A stretch of DNA of 64,000 bases from an uncultured Actinomycetota bacterium (GCA_963814845.1 CAWFEP010000014.1:84993-148992), one strand, 5' to 3'. Shown: positions 8,015 through 21,913, numbered from the stretch's first letter. Made by a program: numbers and translations. Notes: a model not told the origin generated them from the letters alone.

Positions 8015-8862
8015 GGCACGTCCGTCGCCGGACGGAGCTCGATGCTGTGCGGATGACGGACGACCTCGACAAGGGACTCCGGCGGCAGCACATCAAGCAC
8101 GTCGGTCGGGAGTTGGATCAGCCCGTCGCGCCCGACGACGGCATACTCCACGCCGCGTCGACCTTCTGACCCGACCCGACCGTCGCGGATAGTGACAGTC
8201 CGTCCGAGCCGTGCCGCGACGTCGGCGTCGTGGGTCACCATGACGACGGTCGTGCCAAGGTCCCGGCAGATCGCCAGCACGAGGTCGAGGACCGCGTCGC
8301 GACTGGCAGGATCGAGGCGGCTCGTGGGCTCGTCGAGCAGCAACGCCCGAGGCTGCGGGGCTACGCCGCCAACAAGTGCCGCGAGCTGACGGGCTCCACT
8401 CCCGAGCTTGTCGACCGGCTCCTGGGCAATTTCGGCGAGCCCGAACTGATCAAGCAAGTCGGTCGGTGACACCAGGTCGCGCCGGCCCCGGTGCCGGGCT
8501 CCTCGCTGCGCGTACCAGATGTTCTCGGCGACGGTGGCGTACGGGAGTAGGTTGCGCTCGAATCCCTGCACGATGAGAGACACATCGAGGGCGCGCAGCT
8601 GCGCCAGTCGCTCGCCGTCCATCCGTCCGACATCCTGGCCGTCGACGAGGACTTGCCCAGCCGATGCGGCGAAGTTGCCGGCCAGCAATCCCAGCACGGT
8701 CGACTTGCCCGCGCCCGACGGTCCGAGCAGTGCGACGGACTGACCGGCCTCGACATCGAGGTCGACCCCGCGCAGCGCGACGACATCGCCTTGTGCCGAG
8801 GCGTACAGATGCACCACGCCACGCAGCCGAAGATCGGCTCCGGAAGAGCCGATGCCAACCAT
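8011..8862 (-). CDS. ABC transporter ATP-binding protein with degenerate signature motif (first ATPase)
   Basis: Walker A GPSGAGKST and Walker B LLLDEPTSRLD are present. The signature position reads LGSGARQLAAL rather than LSGGQ. I chose the ATG at 8860-8862 (MVGIGSS...), 2 nt after the permease stop (TGAcgATG). The longer ORF to 8985 overlaps the permease. Confidence 0.85.
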   Translation of the reverse strand: MVGIGSSGADLRLRGVVHLYASAQGDVVALRGVDLDVEAGQSVALLGPSGAGKSTVLGLLAGNFAASAGQVLVDGQDVGRMDGERLAQLRALDVSLIVQGFERNLLPYATVAENIWYAQRGARHRGRRDLVSPTDLLDQFGLAEIAQEPVDKLGSGARQLAALVGGVAPQPRALLLDEPTSRLDPASRDAVLDLVLAICRDLGTTVVMVTHDADVAARLGRTVTIRDGRVGSEGRRGVEYAVVGRDGLIQLPTDVLDVLPPESLVEVVRHPHSIELRPATDVP

Positions 8863-8864
8863 CG

Positions 8865-11800
8865 TCACGAGGGCACCACCGGGGCCTCGCTGAACGCGCC
8901 GCCAATGACCGCCCGGCTCACGGCGGCGGCGGTCGCTGCGAGCAGCAGCCCGAAAGCAACCAGCGTCAGCAGGACGGCTGCCCACGGCAGCGCGGTGCTC
9001 GGGGCAAAACCGCTGTTGGCACCAACTGACTGAGGCAGGGAGCTCACGGCAATTGCCGCGGAGAGAACACCGACGATGCCGCCGACCAACAGCGATACTC
9101 CCAGCACCACAGCGTTCTCGATCAACACGAACCGCGCGAGCGCCGACCGCGCGATGCCAATCACCAGAAGGCCGCGAAACTCAGCCCGGCGTCGCCGGCC
9201 GGACGCAAGAATCGCGAAGGCAGCGGCGCCGATCGCGAGCAGCGCGGCGATCGGCGCCGCCGCCACGACGAAGGCGTACGCCAAGGCGAGCGGATCCCGA
9301 TCGATCTTTGCGAGGCGCGTCGACGCGCGCGCCGAAGCGGTGACCCGCACGCCGTCCGAGGCCAGCCTGGCCAGCACGGACGAGCCCGCCGAGTGACTCA
9401 ACCAGACTTGCTTCGTCACGTCGACCAACGGCCCGGACTGCGCCAGCTCGGCGAGTGTGAGGCTGACCATGGTGGCGGCCGACCCGACTTCGGGAAGGTC
9501 GGCCACGCTTACGTCTCCCGACACATTGAGTGGCACATCGTCGAGTCCCGTGACCGTGAGCGGACTGCCCGGTGCAGGCGGGCTTCCGGCCGCGATCTCG
9601 TTAGTGGCGACGGCCGGGATCAGTCGCGGAACGTCGGCTGGCGCGAACGCGACGAACCCGGTGATCACTGAGGACGGCACCCGGAACGACACACCCGTTG
9701 TGCCCACTTTGCTCACCTGAACCCCGTGAACATCGCATATCCAGCCTGGGCCTCGGCCAGCGCGAACCGCCAGGTGGTGGAGCTGGCCGTCTGAGCCGAC
9801 CGCTGTGAGCCCGGTCACGGTCACCGTTATCTCGGATACGTGGCCCGCGGCACGCGATGACGCGAAGGCGTTGAGCGACGCCAGCCGGCAGGTCGACGTA
9901 CAAAAGCCGCCGAGTGACGCCGTGTACATACGGTCGCCTGGCCGTAGCAGGCCCAGCTTCACGGTGGATTCGTCCTGCGACGTCGGGCTGAACACCGTGG
10001 CAGTGAGCTCGACCGCAGGAGACCCGTTGGGAAGCGTCACGATCACCCGAAGTGCGCTTGCGCTGAAGTCGATCGGGGCGCGCTCGGCGGGAGCGAGGTA
10101 GCGCGCAATGTGACTCACCGACGTGCGACTCAACGTCTTCGGCCACGCCCCGACGGCCGCAAGCCGCGACGGATCCACTGCGAGCAGACCGCCACTGCCC
10201 GAGTGCAAGATCTCAACAGCCATCGCCTGATGTCCCGAAGGATCCGCCGCGCGGACGGCCTGCTCCAAATCCACGCCAGGGCGAGTCGAGACCGTATCCA
10301 CCGTCGATGCGCCGGTATCGAAGGCCGCGACCGTCGCACGGTTGTCTGCCGCGACTGCCCAGGCAGCCACCGAGAACACGACAACCGCGATCGCCGCGAT
10401 CAGCGGCAGGAGGCGCCGCAAGACCGAGGGTCGGCGACGGCTCAGCTCGCACAGGGCAAGGAAGCTCGCCACAAAGCGTGAATCCTGCGTCGGATGCAAC
10501 AACGCCTGGATCACGACGACGGCGAGGCGCACCGCGAGCACTCCACCCGCTAACGCGAGCAGCGCCGGCGCGAAGGCGGCGACCGGGTCGGGATGAGTGC
10601 CACTCAACGATCCACCGACAGCCAACGCGGTCAGCCCCACGACGCCAAGGGCGACTGCCACTGCGTCTCCGGCTGCGACCAGCGCGTCACGACGCGTCGC
10701 GCGGTCCGTTGCCCGGGCCGTCCCATGCCACAGATTCCACGATGCAACGACGGCCGCCACCACGCCACCGACGAAGCCACCGATGCCGGCCAAAACGTCA
10801 GCACATCCGGCGTGTCTGATGACCCGGCAACAAACAGGTGGTGTGCTGCGATCGCTGCGCCCGCCCACGCCAGGGCTATGCCCACTGGTAGCGCGACGGT
10901 CAGGACTGCGAGCGGCTCGCCGACAGCGACCCGCAGTAGCGACCAACGGGTGAAGCCCCGGCGGTTGGCGATCTCGGCCTCGAGCCACCGATCTCGGCTG
11001 CTGACCGAGACCAACGAATACACGACAAGCAGACTGAGGAGTACGAGTTGCAACGCGATCGCCGCGACGACCTCGTCCATCTGCGTCTCATCGTGGCGAG
11101 TGGAAGCGAAGAGTGCGAACAGCCCGGTCGATAGGGCGATCGATGTCGTGCGGTCGAGTGTTGTTTGGTCGGCGTGCAGCGCGTCTTCGAGCGAGTTCAT
11201 CTCGCCGGCCCGGATCGTGCCGGCGAGAAGGTTGAAGTCAGCGATGAACTGTGGCTCGACATCGAGCCTGATCGCGGCCAGCACGGTCGCCTGCTCGGTG
11301 ACGAGTGGGTCGAGTTGCTCCAGGGCACCCCTGCGTTTGGGCGGCACGAAATCGAACTCGTTGCGGCCTTCCCAATACGATGTCTCGGTCACCGCTGGCG
11401 GGGCGTAGACGCCAACGACACGAACTTCGACCGGCGGCCCAGACGTCACCCCCGGCGCGCGCACCGACAGGCTGTCTCCGATCCTGGCGCGAGTCTGCGT
11501 CGCACTGCGCGTGCTGATCGCGACGTCCCCCACATGCTGTGGGCAAGACCCGGCAACAAAGTGCAGCTGGCCACACAGGCCAGTGCGCGAGTACAACGAC
11601 GCCGCGAACGTCCCATCGTGAGAGTCGAATTGCACGCCGCCCTCAGCAGAGACCAACGGCCGGCCGAGTGCGCGCGGGTGTCCCAGGCGCGACGTGTGAG
11701 AGGCAGCCGCAACCAGCTGTCGAAAGGTCGCCAATCGCCCGCTTGCGATCAACGTCACCGCTGCGGTGCCGGGTGGCGCTTGGGCGAGCGCGGTAGTCAG

Positions 11801-11971
11801 AACCGAATTGTCAGCAGACGCCAGGAACATCGGCCCGATCGCGGCTGCCGCAACCGCGAAGGCCGCGACGACACACAACGAAATCGAGCTGCTCCGTCGC
11901 CACCGTAGCGCGCGCCAGAGAATCGACCGTCCGACCTGTCGATCGACCCGCCGCGCACTGTCCACCCGCAT
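8865..11971 (-). pseudogene. Giant (~1035 codon) FtsX-family ABC permease with two FtsX modules, split by one frameshift near 10.80 kb
   Basis: ORFs 10631-11971 and 8865-10988 overlap in different frames. The upstream ORF has TM1, a large extracytoplasmic domain and an FtsX block (...AEIANRRGFTRWSLLRVAVGEPLAVL...). The sense continues in the other frame after ...HHLFVAGSSDTPDV / ADVLAGIGGFVGGVVAAVVAS.... The C-terminal FtsX block is ...AEFRGLLVIGIARSALARFVLIENAVVLGVS.... This could be an assembly indel rather than a true pseudogene. Confidence 0.75.
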
Positions 11972-12016
11972 TGCCTACCACCCGCAGGCTGACACGCAGC
12001 GCGATCGCTGCGCGGT

Positions 12017-13126
12017 TCAGCTAATCGACAGGATGGTCTTGTGCTCGTAGCGCAGGTCGTCACCAATGATCGCGATGCCGCCCTTGAAACCGGATTCCAC
12101 CTCGATCGAGTCCGTATCGCCACCCGCGTACAGCGTGGTGACCGACGTCCGCTGGAGCTTGCCGAGCTTGCCGTTGCGGATCGGCAGGACGGCACCAAAC
12201 GAGTTGCCACTGACCTTTGGCGGAACGCTGCCGACTGCGTAACAGGTGTGAGCGCCCTCGCAGGACAGGTCATAGAGCGGCACACCGTTCGGCGCCGCCA
12301 CCTCATGGGTGACCCTTCCGTTATGGACCGTGAAGACCAAGCTGCGCTCCGCGCCGAATCCGGTGGCGTAACACGTCGATGCGCTGACACAGGAAATTGC
12401 TCTTAACCCGTTGTCAGTTGCTGCATGCGCGAACACATGACCCGTAGGCACGCCGTTGACGATGGTCACGATGATGCCGGACTGCTTGGTCTCCGTACCG
12501 ACGTAACCAGCGGCGAAGCATTTCGTCGCCGTCGGGCAGGACACCGAGTTGAGAGCGCCACCAAGGATCTTGCCGGTGAGGGTCAGTTGATGAGTGGTCA
12601 CGGTCGAGCCGACGATCGTCACAACGCTCGGTTGCTGGCCGACTTGGCCGACCAGCGTGCAATGGCTTCGGGTGCGATAACAGTCGATTCCGTTTAGCTC
12701 GGAGTTTGAGTTCGCCGGGCTGATGTAGAGCGGCTTGCCGAGCGCACCGTGGCTGTTGATTGGAACCTCGACGTAGTTGAACTTCGAGGTCTGCGCCAGA
12801 GCTGCGCAACCGGCAGCACTCGGGCAATCAACAATGCTCGGCTGCTCGGACCGCTTGGCGGTCGTAATGCGGGCCGAAGCACCGTCATGTGTGATGTGCA
12901 CGTAGGCGAAGCGACTATGAGGCGTGACCTCAACACCCTCACAGAGCGCCCGCGACCCACACGAGATCGCCGTCACGTCGCCGCTGATCTGCCGGGTGTG
13001 CGGCGCTGCGGCCGGCCCTTTACTGGTCGGGGTCGCGGTCGCGATGCCGGCCGCCAACGACCCCAAGATGCCGATGACCGCCGCCAACATCACGAAGCGT
13101 CGTGGCCTCATCTGCCGACCTCTCAC
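12017..13126 (-). CDS. Secreted Cys-pair repeat protein (six ~50-aa repeats)
   Basis: Signal peptide MRPRRFVMLAAVIGILGSLAAGIATA. Repeated motif x-S/D-C-x3-4-C-x-A-x-G: ISCGSRALCEG, VDCPSAAGCAAL, IDCYRTRSHCTLVG, VSCPTATKCFAAGY, ISCVSASTCYATGF, LSCEGAHTCYAVGS. Confidence 0.7.
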   Translation of the reverse strand: MRGRQMRPRRFVMLAAVIGILGSLAAGIATATPTSKGPAAAPHTRQISGDVTAISCGSRALCEGVEVTPHSRFAYVHITHDGASARITTAKRSEQPSIVDCPSAAGCAALAQTSKFNYVEVPINSHGALGKPLYISPANSNSELNGIDCYRTRSHCTLVGQVGQQPSVVTIVGSTVTTHQLTLTGKILGGALNSVSCPTATKCFAAGYVGTETKQSGIIVTIVNGVPTGHVFAHAATDNGLRAISCVSASTCYATGFGAERSLVFTVHNGRVTHEVAAPNGVPLYDLSCEGAHTCYAVGSVPPKVSGNSFGAVLPIRNGKLGKLQRTSVTTLYAGGDTDSIEVESGFKGGIAIIGDDLRYEHKTILSIS

Positions 13127-13273
13127 TCAGTGCGGCAGCCGTTTCAGCTCCGCGAGCCGATGCGGAAGCCTGGCACATGTATCGGACGAGGTCAGTCAAT
13201 TGCTCGCTTTTGGGACCCGGCGGCATCATCATGAGGCCTAAGACCGCACGACGACCCTTGGGGAAGGCCCTTG

Positions 13274-14605
13274 ATGAGCTACGGCGACGAGACGACGCGC
13301 GGTCCGCGCGGGGACTGGGCGGCGGACGAGCGGACCGTACCGCTGCGCAAGGTCGTCTTCAACTGCTTGGCGATCGTGAGCGTCGTCACCGCAGTGATCC
13401 ATTTCGCGGTGTCTGGCGAGCACTTCCAGGAGTACTGGGCCTTCGGCGTCTTCATGCTGGTCGTCGCTTGGATGCAGCTCACCTGGGCGATCACGGCGAT
13501 CGCGAGGCCCTCGCAGCTGTTGCTCTGGGCGGGCGCGTTCCTCAACACCGGCGTCGTCGCCGTCTACATCGTCACTCGGACAGTCGGTGACGTCATCGGT
13601 CCAACGCCTCATGACGTCGAGCCGTTCGGCTTCGGCGACGGGCTGTGCACCGTCCTCGAGGCGCTGACGGTCGTAGGCTGCGTCTGGCTACTGGTGTCGC
13701 GCTCGGATCGCCCGGTACGCCTGCGGGGGCTCGTCCTGGCTTCAGCGACGACCGGTGCGTTGGCCGCCATCCTGCTGAGCATCGCCCTCGTCGACGGCGG
13801 TTCCGAGATGGTCATGGGGATGGATGCCAGCTCGTCGACAACGCCTGTGGCGAACAATGCCGCCGCCACACACAGCTCTGGGTCGAGCGGTGGCATGAAG
13901 ATGTCCGGCTCCAACAAGTCGATGAACATGAGCATGGCCGGCATCAGTGTCTCCTCGCACAAGCTCGTGACGACCTCACCGGCCGGCGACATCACGATGC
14001 CGAACCCGAATATGCAGATGGCCGCTGGCATGCAGATGGCCAGCTCGACGCCATGCACCGCACGGCCGACGAAGCAGCAACAGCGCGCCGCGGTCAGCCT
14101 CGTGGACCGAAGCTGGAAGGCGGCACAGCAGTACCGCAGCCTGGCGGTCGCCAAGGCCGCCGGCTACGTCCCGATCACCCCGGTCGGTGCGCCCGTCGTG
14201 CACTACATGAACCCGACCTACTACGGCGCGACAGCGAACGGCGGGCCCGTCCTTAACGCCGCCGAACCACAGTCGTTGGTCTATGCCAACACCCCGAAGG
14301 GCGCCGTACTGGCAGCGACGATGTACATCACGTCGCCGTTCAACACGCACACACCGCAGCCGGGCGGCTGCCTGACCCAGTGGCATGTCCACACCAACCT
14401 GTGCCTCAAGCTGATCACGGTGGTCGGAGTGCTTAACAAGGCGCACAAGACCTGCCCGGCGGGATCGCAAAACCAGGTCACGCCGCCGATGATGCACGTG
14501 TGGTACGTGCCGATCCCCGGTGGTCCGACCGCAGTTGACGCGCCGGACCGCCAGGTCGTCCAGGCCGCTGAAAGAGTCGCCTCACCGCCGAACGGCACCG
14601 CGTAA
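13274..14605 (+). CDS. Membrane protein with Met-rich linker and Cys/His-containing C-terminal domain (hypothetical; possible metal binding)
   Basis: About 5 N-terminal TM helices. The linker contains MVMGMD, GGMKMSGSNKSMNMSMAG and MPNPNMQMAAGMQMASS. The C-terminal ~170 aa contains CLTQWHVHTNLC and MMHVWY. RBS GGGGAAGG lies upstream of the ATG at 13274. Confidence 0.7.
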   Translation: MSYGDETTRGPRGDWAADERTVPLRKVVFNCLAIVSVVTAVIHFAVSGEHFQEYWAFGVFMLVVAWMQLTWAITAIARPSQLLLWAGAFLNTGVVAVYIVTRTVGDVIGPTPHDVEPFGFGDGLCTVLEALTVVGCVWLLVSRSDRPVRLRGLVLASATTGALAAILLSIALVDGGSEMVMGMDASSSTTPVANNAAATHSSGSSGGMKMSGSNKSMNMSMAGISVSSHKLVTTSPAGDITMPNPNMQMAAGMQMASSTPCTARPTKQQQRAAVSLVDRSWKAAQQYRSLAVAKAAGYVPITPVGAPVVHYMNPTYYGATANGGPVLNAAEPQSLVYANTPKGAVLAATMYITSPFNTHTPQPGGCLTQWHVHTNLCLKLITVVGVLNKAHKTCPAGSQNQVTPPMMHVWYVPIPGGPTAVDAPDRQVVQAAERVASPPNGTA

Positions 14606-14793
14606 CCAGCTAACGGCACGGTCCGGCTGAGCGCGCCCGCGAGGCGCTGCTGCGACCAGATTGCGACCAGCGCGCTCGACGATGTTCACGCTGCGGTGAC
14701 CGAATCCGGGAGCCGCCTGGCACGGTGCTGCGCTGGCCCGTTGTGGGCGGGCATGGCGCCGGAACACCGTCGGATCGAGCGAGGTAGGGATAG

Positions 14794-17408
14794 ATGCAAC
14801 GTCGGTCGTTTCGCGCGTGCGTTGTTGCCAGTGTCACGGTCGTCGCCGCGGCTGTTGCCGTCCCCACGCTGCTGCCGACGGTGGCAAGCGCTGCAAGCAC
14901 GACGACGTGGTCCGCGGTCAGCCCAATCGACCATCAGGCGCCGGTAGCTACCGCCGCCCCCACCGCAACGCTGTCTTGCCCAACCACATCGTTCTGCGCC
15001 GCCGCAGGCTTTGGCGATATCGAGACCACCACGGATCCCGCCGCAACGCATGGCGCAGCATCCGGGTGGCAGGTGCTCGATGTGGACGGCGCCTACCCGA
15101 CCGTCCCGGCTGATCCGTTCATCAACGCGATCGCCTGCCCATCGGCGGCGCTGTGCGTGGCGGTCGACTCCAACGGCAACATCATCACCTCACACTCCCC
15201 CAGTGGCGGGCTGTCCGCCTGGAAGGTGACGAGCGTCGATCCGGGCGAAGAACTGCTCGCGATCAGCTGCGCATCGACCAGCCTGTGTGTCGCCATCGGC
15301 CGTGGCCACGACGCCAGCGAGACGCTCACGTCGACCGACCCGGGCGCGGCTGCAGCATCCTGGATTGCCTCCACGAAATCCGACCTTCGGCACGGTTAAC
15401 GGGCCTAACGGGATCAGCTGCCCGACCACGACACTGTGCGTGGCAGTTGGCTCCAACGACAGTGGCATCAGCGCGACATGGACCTCGACCGATCCGAGCG
15501 ATGCGGCGACAGCCAGCTGGACTGCCCTACAGGTTGGCTCAGTCGTCGGCAGCGACTTCCTCGCCGTGTCGTGCGCCGGTACGAGCGCGTGCGTCGCGGT
15601 CGGTCACGCCGGCCAGAGCGACATCGCCACGGATCCATCAGCTGGCGCATCAGCGGTATGGCACGCCACGTCGACCGGTGTAGCAGACGATGTCGTCACG
15701 GTCTCGTGCCCGACCGCAGCGCTCTGCGTCGGTGAAGACGCCGGCGGCGACACGATCACCACCGACCCCAGCGCCACCACCCCCACCTGGTCTGAGAAGA
15801 CGTCGGTCGCCATCGGCGAAGAATCGATCTCCTGCCCCTCGGCCTCGTTGTGTGTGATGCCCGGCGGTGACGCCCGGGCACTAACTACGAGTGATCCCGG
15901 CGACGGCGCGAGCGCGACCTGGAGCACCACCGGCTACTTGGGTTTCAGTGCGCTCAACGGCATCTCATGCCCCTCGACCGCATTTTGTGCAGCGGCCGAC
16001 AGCGCGGGCAATATCGCCACCTCGACGGACCCCACTAGTGCCTCGGCGACCTGGCACGTCACGAACGTCGATCTCGGGATCGCCGTCGAACCTGGCGGGT
16101 CCTATCTCCTGGCTGGCATCTCGTGCCCATCGACCGCACTCTGCGTGGCGGTTGACGATGTCGGCAACGTCCTGGTCTCCACTAATCCCGGTGCGGTCGC
16201 TCCGACCTGGACCGTGACCAAGGTGGATAACGCTGGTGGCTTCACCGCGATCACCTGCCGGGCCAGCGGGCTATGCATGGCGGTCGACTTCGCCGGCGAC
16301 GCCGTTGTCTCGACCAACCCGGCTGGCGGCCTTTCGGCTTGGAAGGTCACGAATATCCACGGCGGCGACCTCGTCCACTACGCCAGCGTCTCGTGCCCTT
16401 CGTCTACCAGCTGTTTCGCTGGGACAGCGGGCGGCGAGGTCACGGCTGTCACCCTCACGGCCGGCGGGGTGGTCTCCGGGTCCGCCTCGACGGCCGTCGA
16501 TCAAGGTGTTGATTCGATCAACGGCATCTCCTGCCCATCGACCGCGCTGTGCGTCGCGGCCGACTCGGCCGGCAACGTCCTCACGTCCACCAAGCCCTCG
16601 GGCCCAGCCGCTGGATGGAAGGCGAACGAAGATCGACCTCGCCGGCGCCAGCAATCCCGCGAATCAGCTGACCGACGTCGCGTGTTCCAGCCCGACACAC
16701 TGCGTCGCCGTGGATGCAGTCGGCAACGCGATCGGTACAGCAAGCCCGACCGGCTCCGCTTGGTCGGTTGCGCACGCCGATGGGTTCGGCGGGCTGGACG
16801 CGGTGTCGTGCCCGACCTCGACAGCATGCATCGCCGTCGACGGCAGCGGAAACGACATCGTCGGCCGGCCCTCCAAGACCCTCGCCATTGCTCCGACGAC
16901 GCTTAAGGCCGCCACGGTCGGCGCGGCCTACCACGCCAAGCTCACCGCGACCGGCGGCACGACGCCGTACCACTGGAAGAAGACGGCGGGCGCTCTGCCA
17001 GCCGGTCTCAGCTTGTCCTCGACCGGTGTGATCAGTGGAAAGCCGCGCGCAGGCGGCACGGCCCAGTTCGCGGTCGAGGCCACCGACTCGGGCAAGCCGG
17101 CGATCAGCGCCACCAGGACCTACCGGCTGACCGTTCACGTCGAAGTGCGCCCGAAGTCCTTGCACCACGGCACCGCCGGCAAGGCCTACCACCTCACGCT
17201 GCATGCGAAGGGAGGGGTCAAGCCGTACCACTGGAAGAAGTCAGCCGGCTCATTGCCGGCAGGCTTGCGCCTGTCGGCGAAGGGCGTTATCAGCGGTACA
17301 CCGCACAAAGCAGGACGCGCTGAGTTCAGCGTGAGGGTCACCGATTCCGCCAAGCCCGCGAGGAGCGGCACGCGGACATACACGCTCGTCGTGCGCAAGG
17401 CGGCGTAA
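14794..17408 (+). pseudogene. Secreted ~870-codon protein with 14 Cys-pair/Asp-box-like repeats plus two C-terminal Ig-like (He_PIG-type) domains, interrupted by two frameshifts
   Basis: Signal peptide MQRRSFRACVVASVTVVAAAVAVPTLLPTVASA. There are 14 copies of (I/V)SCPSxxxC(V/A)A(V/A)D/G, for example LSCPTTSFCAAAG, IACPSAALCVAVD, ISCPSTALCVAVD and VSCPTSTACIAVD. Each copy is followed by S-T-D/N-P-x5-6-W. The C-terminus has two copies of ...AYH.KL.A.GG..PYHWKK.AG.LPAGL.LS..GVISG.P..AG.A.F.V..TDS.... Frame changes lie at ~15377 and ~16626, splitting the gene into ORFs 14794-15399, 15287-16906 and 16236-17408. Confidence 0.75.
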
Positions 17409-17591
17409 CCGTCGGTCCAGGGCGGCCAGGTCAGCAGGATCGGACCTCAGGTTCGCGCACCGCGGTGCCGATGGAGCCTGCAGAACAGTTCGCCGATGAC
17501 TGCGCATCGTTATTGCGAGGCCCAGCCACGGCCGAGCTTGTCGATGCCATGGCCATGGCCCCGCTTGGCGTCCTGACGCTCGTCACGGACG

Positions 17592-18008
17592 GTGGAAGGC
17601 ATGAGCCGCACGGCCGTCAACATCACCGCGCAGCCCGTACCGGCTGACCTCACGCCCGCGTACCTCGACGCGGAGGTCATCGGCCGATTGGCGCGCCTCG
17701 GTGAGACTGTTGGCCAAGATCTCCTTGGCCAGGTGAGCGCGCTCTTCCTCGCCGATGCCGACATTCAACTAGGCGCACTTCGCCAGGCAATCGAGCAGTT
17801 CGATCCCGGCGCAATGATCCGCATCGCCCACACCATTCGAGGTGCGAGCTCCAACCTCGGGGCCACCAAGCTCGGCGAGCTCTGTACGGTCCTCGAGCTC
17901 GCTGCTGAGCGTGGCGAGCTGTCCGACGCCGGCCCGCTCCTGGTGGCTGTCACCACCGAGCTCGCCCGCGTCCGTGCCGCACTGATCTCGCCGCCGGTGT
18001 CGCAATGA
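17592..18008 (+). CDS. Hpt (histidine phosphotransfer) domain protein
   Basis: Motif IAHTIRGASSNLGATKLGELCTVLE fits the Hpt HxxKG...GA helix. Length is about 130 aa. The stop overlaps the next start (ATGA at 18005-18008). Confidence 0.75.
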   Translation: MEGMSRTAVNITAQPVPADLTPAYLDAEVIGRLARLGETVGQDLLGQVSALFLADADIQLGALRQAIEQFDPGAMIRIAHTIRGASSNLGATKLGELCTVLELAAERGELSDAGPLLVAVTTELARVRAALISPPVSQ

Positions 18009-18948
18009 GGGTCTTGGTCGCAGACGACGACCCGGCCTCCCGCCTCGTCGCAGAGACCGCAGTACGCGCACTCGGCCACGAGTGCTTCGCCGTCTGTGAT
18101 GGCGCGCAGGCGTGGGACGCCGTGCAGTCGGGACACCCCGACGTCGTACTCAGCGACTCGGTGATGCCCGGCATGTCCGGCCTCGAGCTGTGCCAACGGA
18201 TCCGCGCCCGCACGTCCGGCGAATACACCTACTTGATCATGCTGACCGGCCGAGGATCACTCGTTCAGGCCCTTGAGGGCATGAGCGCCGGCGCAGACGA
18301 CTACCTCATCAAGCCGCTCGACCCGGGCGACCTGCAGGTGCGCCTGATTGCAGCTGCGCGGGTCACCTACTTGCACACCCAGCTGGCTCGGCAACGCGCC
18401 GAGCTCGAGGACCTCAACCTCGAATTGATCTCGATCGCCCGCCGGGACCAGCTCACCGGGCTCGGCAACCGGATGGCACTGCAGGAAGAGTTCGAGCAAC
18501 TCGAAGCACGCGTGGCGCGCTACGGCCACCGCTACTCCATCGCGCTCATCGACATCGACAACTTCAAGTCCTACAACGACACGTACGGTCATCAGGCCGG
18601 AGACAAAGCAATCCGCGACGTCGCCGGTCAGCTGAAAGTCGCTGCCCGAAAAGGCGACTCGATCTACCGCTACGGCGGCGAAGAGTTCTTGTGCATCTTT
18701 CCCGAACGCACTGTCCCCGGCGGATCAATCGCGGTCGAGCGAATGCGGGTGGGCGTGCAGGCGCTGCGCATCGGCCACTCGGCTAACTCGACCGGCGTGA
18801 TGACAATCAGCGCCGGCTTGTCCATGCTCGATCCCGGCGTTACCCGTCCAGTCACAGAGGTGCTCAAAGAGGCAGATGAGGCGCTCTACCGCGCCAAGGA
18901 GTGCGGCCGTAACCGGGTAGAGAGCGCAGTTGTGAGTGTGAGCGCGCC

Positions 18949-18952
<4 letters not shown>
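18005..18952 (+). CDS. Response regulator receiver + GGDEF diguanylate cyclase (PleD-like, single REC)
   Basis: REC: MRVLVADDDPASR...DVVLSDSVMPGMSGLELC...LIKP. GGDEF: ALIDIDNFKSYNDTYGHQAGD...RKGDSIYRYGGEEFLCIF, giving a GGEEF active site and an RxxD I-site 5 residues upstream. Confidence 0.9.

Positions 18953-21890
<2,938 letters not shown>

Positions 21891-21913
<23 letters not shown>

Noticed and set aside
17465-17647. 60-aa ORF upstream of and overlapping the Hpt gene
   Set aside because: There is no RBS, the frame differs from Hpt, no family is recognisable, and it is probably non-coding leader.
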